Shown here piece after piece: positions 48,804 through 62,000 of a stretch of DNA of 64,000 bases (the first letter of the stretch is position 1; the number at the start of each line of letters is the position of its first letter). The notes under the pieces are model-generated. The model made no database searches and was not told the origin of the DNA. It worked only from the letters and a program-made list of their open reading frames with translations. Location of the stretch: positions 38,106,783 through 38,170,782 of the forward strand of contig MU056905.1 in NCBI GenBank assembly GCA_013239625.1. The letters are read 5' to 3'. The position numbers and the translations under genes are program-made. Source of the DNA: Lama guanicoe (taxonomy: Eukaryota).

Positions 48804-51769
48804 GAGGTCTCATTGCCACTCGGGTTCTGGCTGAAGCCCGAGGAGAAGCCTTTCCAGGCAGTAAAAGCACTGGGAAAAAGGCGCGTGCTGGCTTTTCTCA
48901 TCATACGCACCCCTCACCTAATGCCTTTTCTTATCATTTACGCGGATATGTTGACTATTCACGGTATAAGGGGCTGCTCTGTGCCCAGGAAGAGACCCTC
49001 ACCTGCTCTTCGTCCCGGGAACCATGCTTTAGATCGCTTTTTAAATTGTCTTGTTTGTGGTCAACGTCGTAACAAAACGGTCTCTCAAGTAGGTAACTGT
49101 TCACTGGGACTGCGGTTTAACCAAAAGCTAATTCCGGCCTTTAATATGAGGGGGGAGTCACGTGGAGTTTCGTTGGCGTATTTTGAACACTTTACAAATG
49201 TGTCAGTGTGAGTGGATGTGGTGTCTTATCTGCATTTTGAATTTTCCCGAAGTCCTGCCTCACACACCGAGGATTTAATGAGCTTCCACAAAGATCTTTA
49301 CATCAAAACAGCTCTTGGGGAGCCGTAAGCTTTCCTGAGCTTACTCTCTTCATGTTGTTGCACTTTTTTCCCTGCCTCCGGCATCAACGTGATTGAAGGT
49401 AGGGGGCTATTTAGGTTTGCAGCATGGAGGGCGCACCTGTGGAAACCCGCCCTGTGAAGGTGCCCATCCAAGAGGGGCCGTTCTCGGGGCTGCTTTGTTT
49501 CAAGTTGGCTTTATGAACAGAAATGAGAGCTTTCAGAATGGATCAATCCTAGATAACCACAGTTCAAAAAAAAAAAAACAAACCTGGGTTTGAAATAAGA
49601 TGAGATCTTATCTCTGGGAGCCGGAAACCTTGGCGTTGCGTTCGGGCTGGAGGGAGAATCACACGTGTTGAGACAGCAGCACCTACTGGCCAAGTGGGGG
49701 ACAGCCGCTCCAGAGAGGAGTCTGGGCTGAGCGCCGTGGAAGCTTCTTCAGGGGAGGAATTCCTAGGGTCTGAGCTTGCGAGGGGTTGAGGGCAGATTGA
49801 CTCAACCTTGGAGGGTCAACTCCAGTGTCAGAAGGTTCTGTGAAGGGCCCCATGGTTCTCAAAGAGCTAAAGCCTCCATTCTGCGAACAGTGTTGTTTGG
49901 GGAAACCCCGGAGATACTCCACTTTCTCTTTCTTCCTAAAACGTTTGAGATTGAGTTATTATTTTTAATCTCTCTTGCATGCGGTTATCTCCTCTTAGTC
50001 CATGAAATAAACCGGAAAGTAAAATTCTTTTTACAGATATCAGCTAGCCAATAGGAGGATTCAGAAAAGAGTTATTCCAAAGTAGAAGTAGCAAGCTTGG
50101 CTTTTTGTCCCAGGCTGGATCATCCTGGGGTTTCTCTTACTAGCTTCATGAACGCTAAGCGAAAATGTTACCGGGATATGGAGCACGTTCTTGATGTGTG
50201 GTATACAGAAACGCTAATAGCTGACGCCTAGTTAATAATGTTCGTTTAAGCTAACCACCAGGTTCCATTTGCATATGTTTTGACTTTGTGAAGCATTTTG
50301 ATACATATCATACTAACAATAAAAAGTCGATTAGCCAGGCAGCTTTAGGTCCATCTTCCAGATGGGGTAACAGACACAAGGAACTGAAGAGGTTGATTGA
50401 AGGTCACGTTGTTGGTTAGAGCTGGCCGCCAGATGACATGTCCCTCACGGCTACAGTTGTGCTTCTTAAACTATACATGGGTTATTGTGATACTGTCTAA
50501 AGGGGTGAATGAAAATATAATGAAGATATTTGCACTTTTGGATGAAGACGGTAAGTTTTTCTAGGTTCACGCATGGACTTCATGGAAACCGAATACACTA
50601 CTACGTCCTACGGATATACAGCAACAACACAGACGACAAGGAGGTAAGAAAAGTGAACAAAGTAGCACTTGCCTTTCAGCAATGCGCCCTGGCTCTAAAA
50701 CTTCGTATCAAACATTGTGTGGTGGCGTCTGCAGTGCTCTGTCAGATGGTGTGGTTACTTGGGTGTAAGCCGTTTAGCCAGAGATGATGGAGGTGGCCAC
50801 GAAGTTCTGGAGTTCTGACTTCCTGGCCCCCTCCACCTTCTTGTAAGCAGCCATCAGTCCATCCTGTGGTGTTTCTCTGCTTACTGAAAACCCTGCCAAG
50901 CCTCCTGGGCATCTTCATTCTCATACTGTGCCTAGTACAGTCTGTACAAATCCAGTTGACAAGGAGATGAATGTAATGACATGTAGGGCCCAGAAGTTCT
51001 AGAAGGGTGGAAAGGAAGTTTGTTTTGCAGGCAGGAGAGAAGCTCTCTTGTGTGCTGCGTGCATCAGGCTTGCTTCCCTACAAGTTGTCATGGGATTCAA
51101 TCAACAATAGCTGGGAGAAGTGGTTTTTTTTTTTTTTTAAGTTATTGATTTTATTAGTTACAAGCTAAAAGGTAGCTTCTGAAGGAAACGATGATTATAT
51201 TCTGATACTCAGTGAGATCACTGTAATTTATATGAAATTATAGAAATGCAAACTGAAAATGCAAACTGCAAGTACAGAACATATACGTATATAAAATTTT
51301 TACCTGAAAATATGGAAAATGCATGTAAAAACTTGTACATGGGTGTTCATGTTTTGATGGAGAAATCGTGGCTTAGCTGGGTAACTAGCCTCGGGTCCTC
51401 ATGCCCACTTCTTGCTGTGACATCACACGATGTCTGTAAACATTAAGGATAGTCAGGCAAGGGGAATGAGAGTAGAGTGGGGAGTCTGAACTCCGTGGAG
51501 TATGACCAGTGTATTTGAAGACGTCAGACCCAGAAATAGGAGAAAAGATGGAGGATGAGGTATGATCAAGTGACCTTGGCTTTAGAGAGAAAGGTACTCA
51601 GATAAGCTCTGCTTTCATTCAAGTCACTATGGTTTGTCCAGCAGAGCTGCACATGAGTGTGGTGAAAGATAAAGCTTCTCTTAAAAGACATTGTTCTTCC
51701 GGATATAATGGATTTAAATTAAATGTTATTCCTCAAGAAGAGCAGAGGAAGGGCACATAGCTTTATTCC

Positions 51770-51920
51770 ATTGGTTCTCATTACCAGTAACGCCTGGAGG
51801 CTTGGGGGAAATGCAAACTCTTGAGCTCCCCTCCAGATCTCTGTAAGTGGGACCCGCAGTCTGCATTTTAACCACGCCTCCAGATGGTTCTGAATTACAC
51901 CAAAGTATGAAAGCCACTTC
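51770..51920. mobile_element. MER5A-like element
   Basis: ttggttctca...ttgggggaaatgcaaa...tgcattttaacc...ccagatggttctga. Confidence 0.6.
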
Positions 51921-53151
51921 TTTATAGTATCCACTACATGAGAATTTTAGTCTTTCCTCATCTATGTATGAAAAGATGCCTTTAAAAACAAACCCATCAG
52001 CAGTCATCAAATGTGCTTGATGAGACTTAATCGGCTTTTCTTTCTGGATACCTGAGGGAAGATGAGATAAATGTAGTAATAACTAGATGGTTCCTAGTAT
52101 AAATAAAGCCCATGACTGTTTTATTCATTTTTCTTCCTTTTGGCAATATATTTAAGCACTTTAATTCTAGGGAAAATAAACTTCTGAATAAGAACATCAC
52201 ATCTGAAGTTCTAGGTATCTTTTATCACATTTTCTTTGAAATTATCTCCTGAAGACAGTGACTGACATTTTAAAAGGCCAAAAAATAATTATTCAAATTA
52301 CCACAGATCACTTGTTTACAATGTCCTATGACAATACTCACTCTAAAATAACAATATCAAAAGCCCTTCTAAAACTTGAAAAGATCAAAGGATGGATCAG
52401 TATTGCTTCTCATTGTTGCACTATCCCAATCCCCTAAGGAAAGACATGTCTTTGAAATAACAGGATTCTGAGATTGCAGGATTTCAAAGGAGACCAGACA
52501 CGGCAATATTGGACCGTGTATCAATGTTGCCAACATGACTAATTAAGAAGGCAGGAATACAGAGAAGAGTTCCCGAAATTACGTGCTTTATTTAATCTGT
52601 CATCAAGCTAGACAGTGGTTTGGAATAGAGGTTTGGAGAGAGATCACCTAGCAGGGCTGTGACAGAAATATTAAGGGAATCGTTGTGAACCAGAAAACAT
52701 TGTTTTTGGCTCCCAATGTCAAGTTCTCCCTTCTGTCTGAACTCCACTGTTTATAAAACATACCCATTCCATATACTTAAGACACCTTGTCTTCTTGAAC
52801 CAGTACTTCAGATGAGGCCTCCCAGAAAACTTTTCTCATCAACAAACCCTGTCTGTGTTTTGATACATGTCGGTTGCTGACAAAACTTTATATTATCTTG
52901 ATTTATATACATCAACTCTGATTCAGTCACATTTTAAAATCTACTGTGTTTTCTTCTTGGCTGCTGGGGTAGGGGGACCACATTCCACTAAATGTTTTTG
53001 TTCAGCAGATATTTACTGACTTCCTATCACGTATTTTCCACCATAATAGGCATTAAGACACGTGTCGCAGGTAATACCTGGTCCCTGTCATCAGGAAAAT
53101 TAAGTTGGCTGACAATACAAAGCCAGGGTAAGTTAAGAAATAGGGCTGGAA

Positions 53152-53195
53152 CAACATTGTAAAATGATTATAAATCAATAAAAAATGTTAAAAAA
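53152..53195 (+). mobile_element. 44-bp young L1 extreme 3' end
   Basis: caacattgtaaaatgattataaatcaataaaaaatgttaaaa; perfect 17-bp TSD AAGAAATAGGGCTGGAA (53135-53151, 53196-53212). Confidence 0.92.
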
Positions 53196-54289
53196 AAGAA
53201 ATAGGGCTGGAATACAATAATTCAAAAGATTTAGGGCAGTACTTGCTGAAAAGCCACATCAGTTATTAAATACTAGATGGTGATTACCATGAAGTCAGAG
53301 TAGTGTTCTATCCACCGAAAGTGTGAAATTCCTTTAATAGCATTTGAACAGATTTCCCCTCATAGTTCAGAGGAGCTCAGACTGTGTTGTAGGAAGGGCC
53401 CTCCTACCCCCGTGTTCTCCTCCTCAGTGGATCAGACCGACCTTGCTCACTGAAATATAATAAATGACAAATGGACTGTAACTGACGGTAACAGAAAAAG
53501 TACTTCATATTTAGAAATTAATTTAACTAGAAGGTCTAGTTTCAGCTTTAAACAGAAATCCAGAATCTAATGTTTGTAGTGTTAACATAACCTCATTCCA
53601 TAAGACTGAAAATGCACCAAGATGTTTGGAAACACAAAAACGTCAGATTTCAGTTCTACGTAGTGGTAGACAATGGACAGTTGCTGGTGGGAAACGCTGA
53701 GTAAGCTTTTCTTGGTTGGAAGCTGTGAGGGTTAGAACATCGCATATCCTTCGAGAAAGCAACTATCCTGATATATTTTTCTATTAGTCACCCCCCACCC
53801 CACCTCATTTTGAAGACTTGTATGGAATTTTTGACCTAGAAGCATGATGAAGAAAATTCATTACTTGTGACATTGAGAGAATCAGAATCTTTCCAGTACG
53901 AAGCCACCATGTACTTTGCTGCAATGGGGAGGCTGCCTCCAGTTTTGACCACCCCGTCCCCAGAGCATCTTCTAGACAGCAACCAGAGTGACATTCCAAC
54001 GTGCAGGCAGATCTCCTCATTGTCATCTTTTCATTTAAAACCACAGTGCAGCTGAATGCAAGCAAATACCTTTCCAAGGCCTCTAGGCTCCTGCAAAGAG
54101 CTGGCCTCTGCTCGCCTCTCAGGCCTAACTCCCTACACACCCCAGTGGTGTACCGGGATCTGGCCACGCCAGCCTTCCAGACAGTGCTCAGACATAGAAC
54201 GTTTCTTCTCATCTCATGAGCTTGGTACTTTTTTTGTTGCTTAAAAAAACTTTCCTCCAGGTTTTCAAATGTTTCTGCTCACCAGAGCT

Positions 54290-54500
54290 GTCAACCCTCT
54301 GCATTCACCCCCTACGCTATTCTGTTGGTGTTCTTCATAGCACCTATGAATACTTCAAATTGTTTTACTTTTTTAATTCTCATTTTCTCTCCCTACTAGA
54401 ATGCAAGTTCCTTAAGGGCAAACTACCATGTTAACTTCTCTGTTCCTAGTATCTCTATGGTAGTGCCTGGCACTAAATAAATGCTCAATAAATACTTGAC
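54290..54500 (+). mobile_element. L2 3' end
   Basis: ctagaatgcaagttcc..agggca...gtgcctggcac...tgctcaataaatac. Confidence 0.75.
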
Positions 54501-56021
54501 TGTCTGAAAAATACCAGCCTTGAACTAAGCCACGCAAAGTACTGGGGCTACAGTTTTCACCATTTACTCTGATCATGTCCCTTAGCCTGGATACATACTA
54601 ATTTATAAAGCTTCTATTCTTTGAGCTCTATCCCTTTATTCTCAACCAGGAAAAGAATATGATGACTTCATTTCATCTAGTTTTGTACTAGATAAGTATC
54701 ACCTGGAGAAACTTCAAAAAAAAAAAATCATTGCTTCCTGTGATCTTCAACCAACTATTAGTCTTGGGCTGGAGCCCAGGCATCTGTGTTTTAAAAATCT
54801 AAGGTGACTCTGATGTGCTGAGAGGGCTGAGAAAGATTCGACTAATATATAAGTTAATATTTAAATATTTAACACTTATAAATATGCAACACAATTATCA
54901 AATATATTCTCCTAGCATGTATTCAATTGAAAAATAAAGTATTAATTTAGGGCAGAAAACATATCAACCAACTTTCCTGTAGGGGAGTGATTCAGATGAT
55001 AATTTACCATTATAGAGATTATAAAGATTCCTTTACTGTTACCTGGAAACTTGTTAGCATACTCTTTGGACCCTATTAAATGGCCAACATAATAAACACC
55101 TTAGTTTCTAAAGTATTAAAACATTTGGTTTAGAAATGACAATAAGTAACTTCATATCTGAGCATTAATTAACCAATTATATTTCTAGGTATAGTAACCA
55201 ATTGAGTGCACAAAGTATTGAGTATTTTGCTGCCATAATATAATAAACAGTCCATGGATGTCTAGTGAACTATAAGAATAAACCTCCTTAAATTTATTAC
55301 TAAGGATTAACTTAGGAAAATCTGGATACTGGTTTTCTTTACCAAGAGTGGTATGATATTTTAAGTGTATGTTATTTTATTTTTGATATGACAGGCATCA
55401 ACTTAAATTGTTTTTTTTTTTCTCCCTCTTAGTCTGCTTTCTGTACTTTTTCTCCTTTCATTATACTCTTGGACTAAAGTGTATAGTCCTCATGGCCTAG
55501 GAGAAGTTTCTTTACTTTATGAATCAAAGATTATTGAAGTCTGTAATAAATGTGGCGCTCTCTACTTCACTAATTAAACTGAAGAACTAAATCATTCAGA
55601 GGAATTTCTGTAGCACAGGCAGGAGTGATTGATGTCTTCTTTATGAGCAGTCTTCCTCTCTTTTTCCTTTTCTCTCATTTGTCAAGTGGTTTAATGCCTA
55701 TGATGCATTAGGACCTTTCACGGTCATCTTGGCATGAAGAAATTATACAAAAAAAATTGTGAGTGTAGTGTAAAGTAGTTTAAAAACATTAGGATTCTCA
55801 TGAGATTAATCTATTTAACCTTAATTCCACTGATAATTGTGGAGATAATTTTACGTCGACAGGCTAATCCATTGAATGATTATTACTCTCAGTAGCAAAA
55901 CAACCCTATTATGTAGACATGTCATTGGTAAGATTAAATAAATGGTCCAGATGTTTTAGTGTTTGAATGATAAGAAGGAAAACATATTGTCTGTTTTTTT
56001 TTTTGAAATGATGCAATAGAT

Positions 56022-56063
56022 GCCTACCACCATACTACTCTGAACACACCCGATCCCGTCTGA
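56022..56063 (+). pseudogene. 3'-truncated (tailless) 5S rRNA retropseudogene, 5S nt 1-42
   Basis: GCCTACCACCATACTACTCTGAACACACCCGATCCCGTCTGA vs 5S GTCTACGGCCATACCACCCTGAACGCGCCCGATCTCGTCTGA (34/42); flanking direct repeats TGAAATGATGCA(AT/GC)AGA. Confidence 0.88.
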
Positions 56064-58305
56064 AATGATGCAGCAGAAATCCGTTTTGATGAATTCTAGT
56101 TAAGTATTCCGGTCTATTGATGTGGGCTGAAACAAGTCTTCTCTAACATAAAATAAGCCAAATCAATGCCTATCCCAATAGTCAAGCACCTTTAAATGTA
56201 TTAACTCTGAAAAATGTCAACCTCTAAGATGAGAATGAAGGGTGGGTTACATGTCATCATCTTCTGATTGCTACTGATCCCTGAGTTTAAATGGGTTCAT
56301 ATTTGGGTACTGAATCATCTTGCAGACTCTGTTCTATCTACTGTCACGGCAATCTATCTCTATCAGTGTTGATCAGTTGCCTACACAGGTTAAACCTGAC
56401 AGTGTGTGAGTTTCTTCCTGTAATTTTCTAGTTGCATTTTTCACTGTTTTCAATTTTTCCTTCTCAGTAAAAGCAGTATTTCCATTTTGACAATTGCTTT
56501 GGTGATAAGCCAAATCATATTCACATCTGTTGGTCCACTGCAGTTCAAGTTAATAAGTAGCTGTACACCCCTAGCCTTGACCAGATGCTGATCACCCAGC
56601 TACCTGGGCTACGTGAACAGTTGATGTAACTGTCTAATTTTAAATAACACATGTGATCAGATGCTCAAACATTAGAGCAGACTGCAACCAGATAATACAT
56701 TCCCTCTTCAATGCAGTCTCTGCTGTAGGTTTCAGGTGCATCAGAATCAAGGTGCAGGGTTGAAATGGTACAGAATCGAGGTCCTCACTCTCCCAGTATG
56801 ACAGTATACAGATGGAGGGTTTCGCAGAGGGTTAATATTGGTGGAGTTCCTTCAACTTTATTCCTTCTCCAAAGGGCAGAAGAGATCAGAGAGGGGTGGG
56901 GGAAGATGGAGGCTGACAAGTCTAAAGTGCCTTTAGGGTTGTCTATGCAGACAGGGTCAGATTAGATATAATCAGATTTCTTTAGTAATTGGAAAGATTA
57001 ATCTTGACTAAACTGAATCATCTATTTTATGTACATCACACATAAGTATATTTGTCTTTGAAATTTTTGCATCAACTTAAAATTGGTTTACCTCATGATA
57101 GTCTTTCTTTACTCTTTTTCTTTGTCCTTTATTCTCCAAGTAAACTGTACATCACAGGTGGGGCCAAATGGGGAGTAAAGAATGGTCCATCATCTTCCTG
57201 TTCTCATGTGCTGGAAACCCACGAATATTCTCACTTATCAACAATCTGGATTATTTGCTATGTTCTTTGTACAGCTGACAGCTTTACTATAAATTATGCA
57301 ATCTATCTATATCATTATTATTTTTCCTGTTCCATGTAGTTTTCCCACAAGGGCAAAAGTTGATGTGATTTTTGTAGGTGTGCTAGGGAACAAAAAGATT
57401 TTTTAGACAATGGATGGTAATTATTTTGTTTTCAAATTATAACCCAAGTGTATTCCCATGGAAACTTGCCTATTTACAGTGTTTCAAACACACATAAAAA
57501 AAAAATGAAAATGTGGTAGCCATGGAGATACTCTCACAGAACAGTATCTAAACCATAACTTGGGAGAAACAATGACTAATAGCATGTTATCATATTTCAC
57601 GTGTCTACTGATAATGCTCTTTGAAGAATGGGTGATTATGTCTTTGACACATGCTGTTCACAGGGCAGATGTGGCACATTTGGAGAAGAACTTACAATGT
57701 ATACAAATTGCAGAGCTTTCCTCGACGGACTGATGTTTGCCATGTATAGCTTACAAAACCTATATATCGATGGCCTCATTTTCAGTTGTGACATCTAGCG
57801 TTTTGCCCATCGTCTCCCAAACCCCACATGAAGGTTTGAACTCCTTGGTATTTTAAAATTCCTTGATTTCTGATCACCACAAATCAGACATCTTGAATAA
57901 AAATAAACCCATCTATTTCTCTCATTTTCTTAAGTGGTGTAATCATGTGTAATTCTCACTGTCTCTTCAAAACCGTTGAGGGATCAACTGAAGATTCTCT
58001 TTCAGTGATTACATGTCATCTCCTCTTTGCTCTTGGCAACATCTTTCCCACGTTCAGAAAATGATGAAAATGGTCCACTTTAGCTCTTGGCCACCTTCCT
58101 AATACATACTTTGGAGTTAATGACCTAATGGACTGTGTTATTAAATTAGATTTTCCCATTCTTAGGGGGCCTTTCAAGAGCACTCGGATGCTGGCACCCC
58201 CAGATGTACACATTTCAGAATTGGGAAGGAATTTCTGAAAGCTTCTTTGACCGTTTGTTTCAAAAACCACTTCTGTCCTTTGTTTTGTGCTGTGTATCTT
58301 GAAGC

Positions 58306-58490
58306 TAGTGTTTCTCGAAGGCTGATTCTTGAGGACTTTGCATCAGAATAATCAGGAGTTGTTACACGTAGGTCCTGAGAGCCCATCCCAGAGATACTGA
58401 ATCAGAATCCCTGGGGTGGGCTGGGGCACCTGCGTTTTTAATAGGTAGCCCAGGAGATGCTAATGCACTCCACTGATTGGGAACAACTGT
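58306..58490. mobile_element. MER5A/B
   Basis: gcatcagaat..., cccagagatactgaatcagaat.cctggggtggg, tttttaa, ggaacaactg. Confidence 0.8.
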
Positions 58491-58779
58491 TTAACCTCTG
58501 GTCCTAGTGACTGTGACTGATCTTGAAAGTAAAGACTGTCACCTTGCTTCTGGTGACATAATTTGCACTGGGTGGCAGGAGCACGTGGAAGACTGAATTC
58601 AACTTGAGGAGGAGCTTGCCAAGCAAGCTAAATGTTCTTGGATACTTCTAGAGTTACACTTAAAATGGCATCCTATTACACGTGCTAGGACTGAAGGTTG
58701 AATCTCTTCAGCCTTTAGGATGGGGTTGGCAGCATTTTAGGGTGAGATCACAAAGGAAATCTGAGTACAAATGACTGGC

Positions 58780-59010
58780 TTTGGTGCAGTATAGAGTGGC
58801 GATGCAGGAGCCAGATGAATTGACTTCAGCTCTGCCTCTATGATCACGGACGATCACCTAAGCTCTTAATGTTTCAGCTTCCTCATCTGCAAAATGATGA
58901 TGACACAGTGCTTAGGCCACAGGGCTGCTGGGAGGATCAGATGGACTCGTCTGTGTGGCAGGTAGCATGGCGCCTGATTTGTATCAAGCGCTTAGCAAAT
59001 GGCAGCATCT
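58780..59010 (+). mobile_element. MIR
   Basis: cagctctgcc...tttcagcttcctcatctgcaaaatg...gggaggatcagatg. Confidence 0.75.
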
Positions 59011-62000
59011 GAGGTTACTTTCTGAAGTTCACTAAAAACGTTCTTCGTTCTCCTTGGCTCTCTTAACTGAGGGCTTCCTAGGTCTGTCAGGGGACATGAT
59101 ACTGGGAAAAGTACGGACAGCCTGTACCAGAATTTTTACAGTGTGCTGAAGATACAGTTATATAAAAACTATGGCTGACACTGTGTTGCTAAAAGATGTG
59201 ATGAGACCATAATCTATTGAACCAGAGCTGATACTTCCATGTTATGTCTTGTCAGGGTTTGCAGATGTGAATGAGGATAACTTAATTACACACAATTCTG
59301 TTGCAAGTACCTAGTCATGGAGAGTAACGGACAAGTAGGATAATCATACTTATAAAGCATGTTTTTCTGAACATGGGATAGCCAGGTTTCAAGCGTTGTG
59401 AATACGCACCCTTAATAACCCTCAAAAATGAGTTCCCTTGGAGTTTGTTAAACAGCAAGACTTAGGTATGTCCGAACAAAAGAAGACTGAAGGCATGCAT
59501 GTCATGTCCTTGTATAATTTTTATAATATATTTAGTGGTGGAAATTGGAATTTAAAGTACCTGCTTAAGTTTTTCTGTGAATAAGATATGGAAATTCTTC
59601 TTAGAAATCTTTACCACTACCAAACATACATTGTTTCAAGCATAGAATCCTTCCCCTGAAGTCAGGTTTTTTTTGAAAGAAGCAAGACAAAGTGTTCGTA
59701 TGTAAATGTTGATGAGAAAAAAGACACAGGTAAAGGAAAGGGTTGAAAGATGGTGAATGAGGAACTGGAAACATACTACAAGGGCACTGCAGGGATTTTC
59801 TGACCTCGCTCCACCCATAGCCCGCTACAGTTACAGGCACACGTGTTTCAGTATTTGTACAACTATAGTAGGAGAAAGTGTGCACAGGATGGAGAGGCTC
59901 TTTTTTTTTCAATGTAGCAAAATGACATTAAGTGTTCATGAAAACTTAATGGTTCTTCGTAAGATGCCAAAAGATTTTGGATTAAATATATCTAATGCTC
60001 ATGTCATAAAAAACAACCTCCTAAGAAAAGGGTTAAAACACATCCACTTAATTGCATGTATTGCTCAAACCATTCTAATGCCTAGCAGTTACTTGTACAT
60101 TAAGCAGGACTGATCTGAGCTATACATATTTAGATATTACAGCTAGTACAGAAATTTCCAAGACCGTCTAATAGGCATTTTAGCTTCTCTCCTAGCAACT
60201 ATTATTTGGGCATTTCTTAGGAATGCATTGACATTATAAACAACTTTTAAAATAACCAAGTTAAATCTTAATTGGCATCCCTAATAGAATGCACATAAAA
60301 AGAAAATTTTGTCCGTCATCATGAATCAAATGCACATAGGAAAAAAAAATGGAAAGAGTAAGAAAACAGTGATTAAGAAGAGCTAGAAATACTCCCAAAA
60401 ATGACCGCACAACTGACATACCTTCATATTTGAAATTATTTCACAGTGGTTTTTTTCTTTACAGTGACTTCATTTGAGAGGGCAGCTTTCTAAGCTTTAT
60501 TTAATAATAAAAAAAGTAATAGAATCATTCGATTTTTTAAAAAATGAGAACAGCACTGGATGTCAAATAGTTTCATTTTTTCATTTGAGAGATTGATGCC
60601 TGGACAATGTGACTTGCCCTTGGCTATGGTTCTAATGATGGTATAGCTGTGACTAGAACTCAGTTTAATGTTCTCTTCATTAAATTTCGGTAGAAAAAAG
60701 AAGCAGATGTTAACTTATGAATTACCACTAATTCCCAGTCACTTCTCTGGGCCACTGCTGTCTGACAGTTACTGTCTGTTCAAGCAAAAGCATATGATGT
60801 ATAAATATATGCCTTTTATGAAGGAATACTAGTTACTAGTTAGATAATATATTCAAAGACAATAAGGTGGGTAAGAGGGTGCAGATAGCAGAAGGGCTGA
60901 AAATGGAGATAACCTTTCTTATCTTATCTCAGTTTAAGATATTAGCTTATAATTGTCCTTTGTAATAATGTCTCCAATCACATATTCACTTCCTTTTTTC
61001 CCTACAGGCATCTGACTAGGCAGACAGCTTTATGTCAGTCATATTCAGAATTATTTATAAAATGTTGCAATAGGTTATTCCAACAGAATGCTTTTCACAT
61101 ATGTGAGGTCCATGCTGGGAGAGAAAGCGAGAAGAATGTAGAACTGTAGAAACATGGACTGTGAACAAGGCAGAAGAGAGGCAGGGAGTGATGGGAAACT
61201 GAACCAAGTGTGAGGGTCCTGCAGGGGCACCCTCTGACCCAGGGGCCATGAGACTCTGCGTGTGGAAGCCTGGAAACTGTGAATTTCAGGAAAGGGCACT
61301 GAGGATTTTTGTAAATCATTAAAAGGTTACAGAGATTACGGTCATAATGGATATTTAAAGACTCAAATGCTAAGGAATCTCAGGAAAGTAGAGTGGTTAT
61401 TAATATTTTTAATAAAAGCACAATGGGCGTGGAAGATAGTCCATGTGATAAAAAACAAAATGGATGGGGAAAAAAACCCAAAAACATATTTCGGAGAAAA
61501 GTGTGGCTATTTCCAAAGGAATCTTAAAATTTGTGAACTTTTTTTTTTAGGTTGGTAATGTATCATTTCCAAATAGAACTATATAATTTATGTTATCTAT
61601 ATTTATAATATGTACATATTTGGTTTGTTGAAAATCAAACAATTCTATGAAGAGGGATAAGGTACCTTTGGGAATGGTTTCAAGCAGTTTTATCTGATAG
61701 CAGGGTGATGGACTGAGCAACCCTTACGTGTTAGTTCAAGGCCCAGGATGTGCCAGTGTCGATTAAAAGCAGCAGTTCTGATGCCACCAGAACAGCGTTG
61801 GAGACCACGGCCATGACGTTCACCTGCACTACCTTAACCGTGGGCTGGCCTGGGTTTCCCTAACGAGGCTTGTCTTCCTTTTGACGGCAGGGCTTTTCTA
61901 GCTTGTCACTGAGTGGTGGACCACTCTGTCCGGTGAACTGACAAGAGCAGGGACAGGAGCAGTCTCTGGAGAGTCAGGAATCACCATGTTTGCTCTCACT

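Noticed and set aside
48545-49072. 175-aa ORF on the plus strand
   Set aside because: Starts at GTG inside the MLT1/MLT2 chimera; openness is explained by high GC.
59113-59150. Possible REST/RE1 half sites (GGACAG; GTGCTGAA); also a weak match at 61925-61942
   Set aside because: Wrong order/spacing and too many mismatches to the RE1 consensus.
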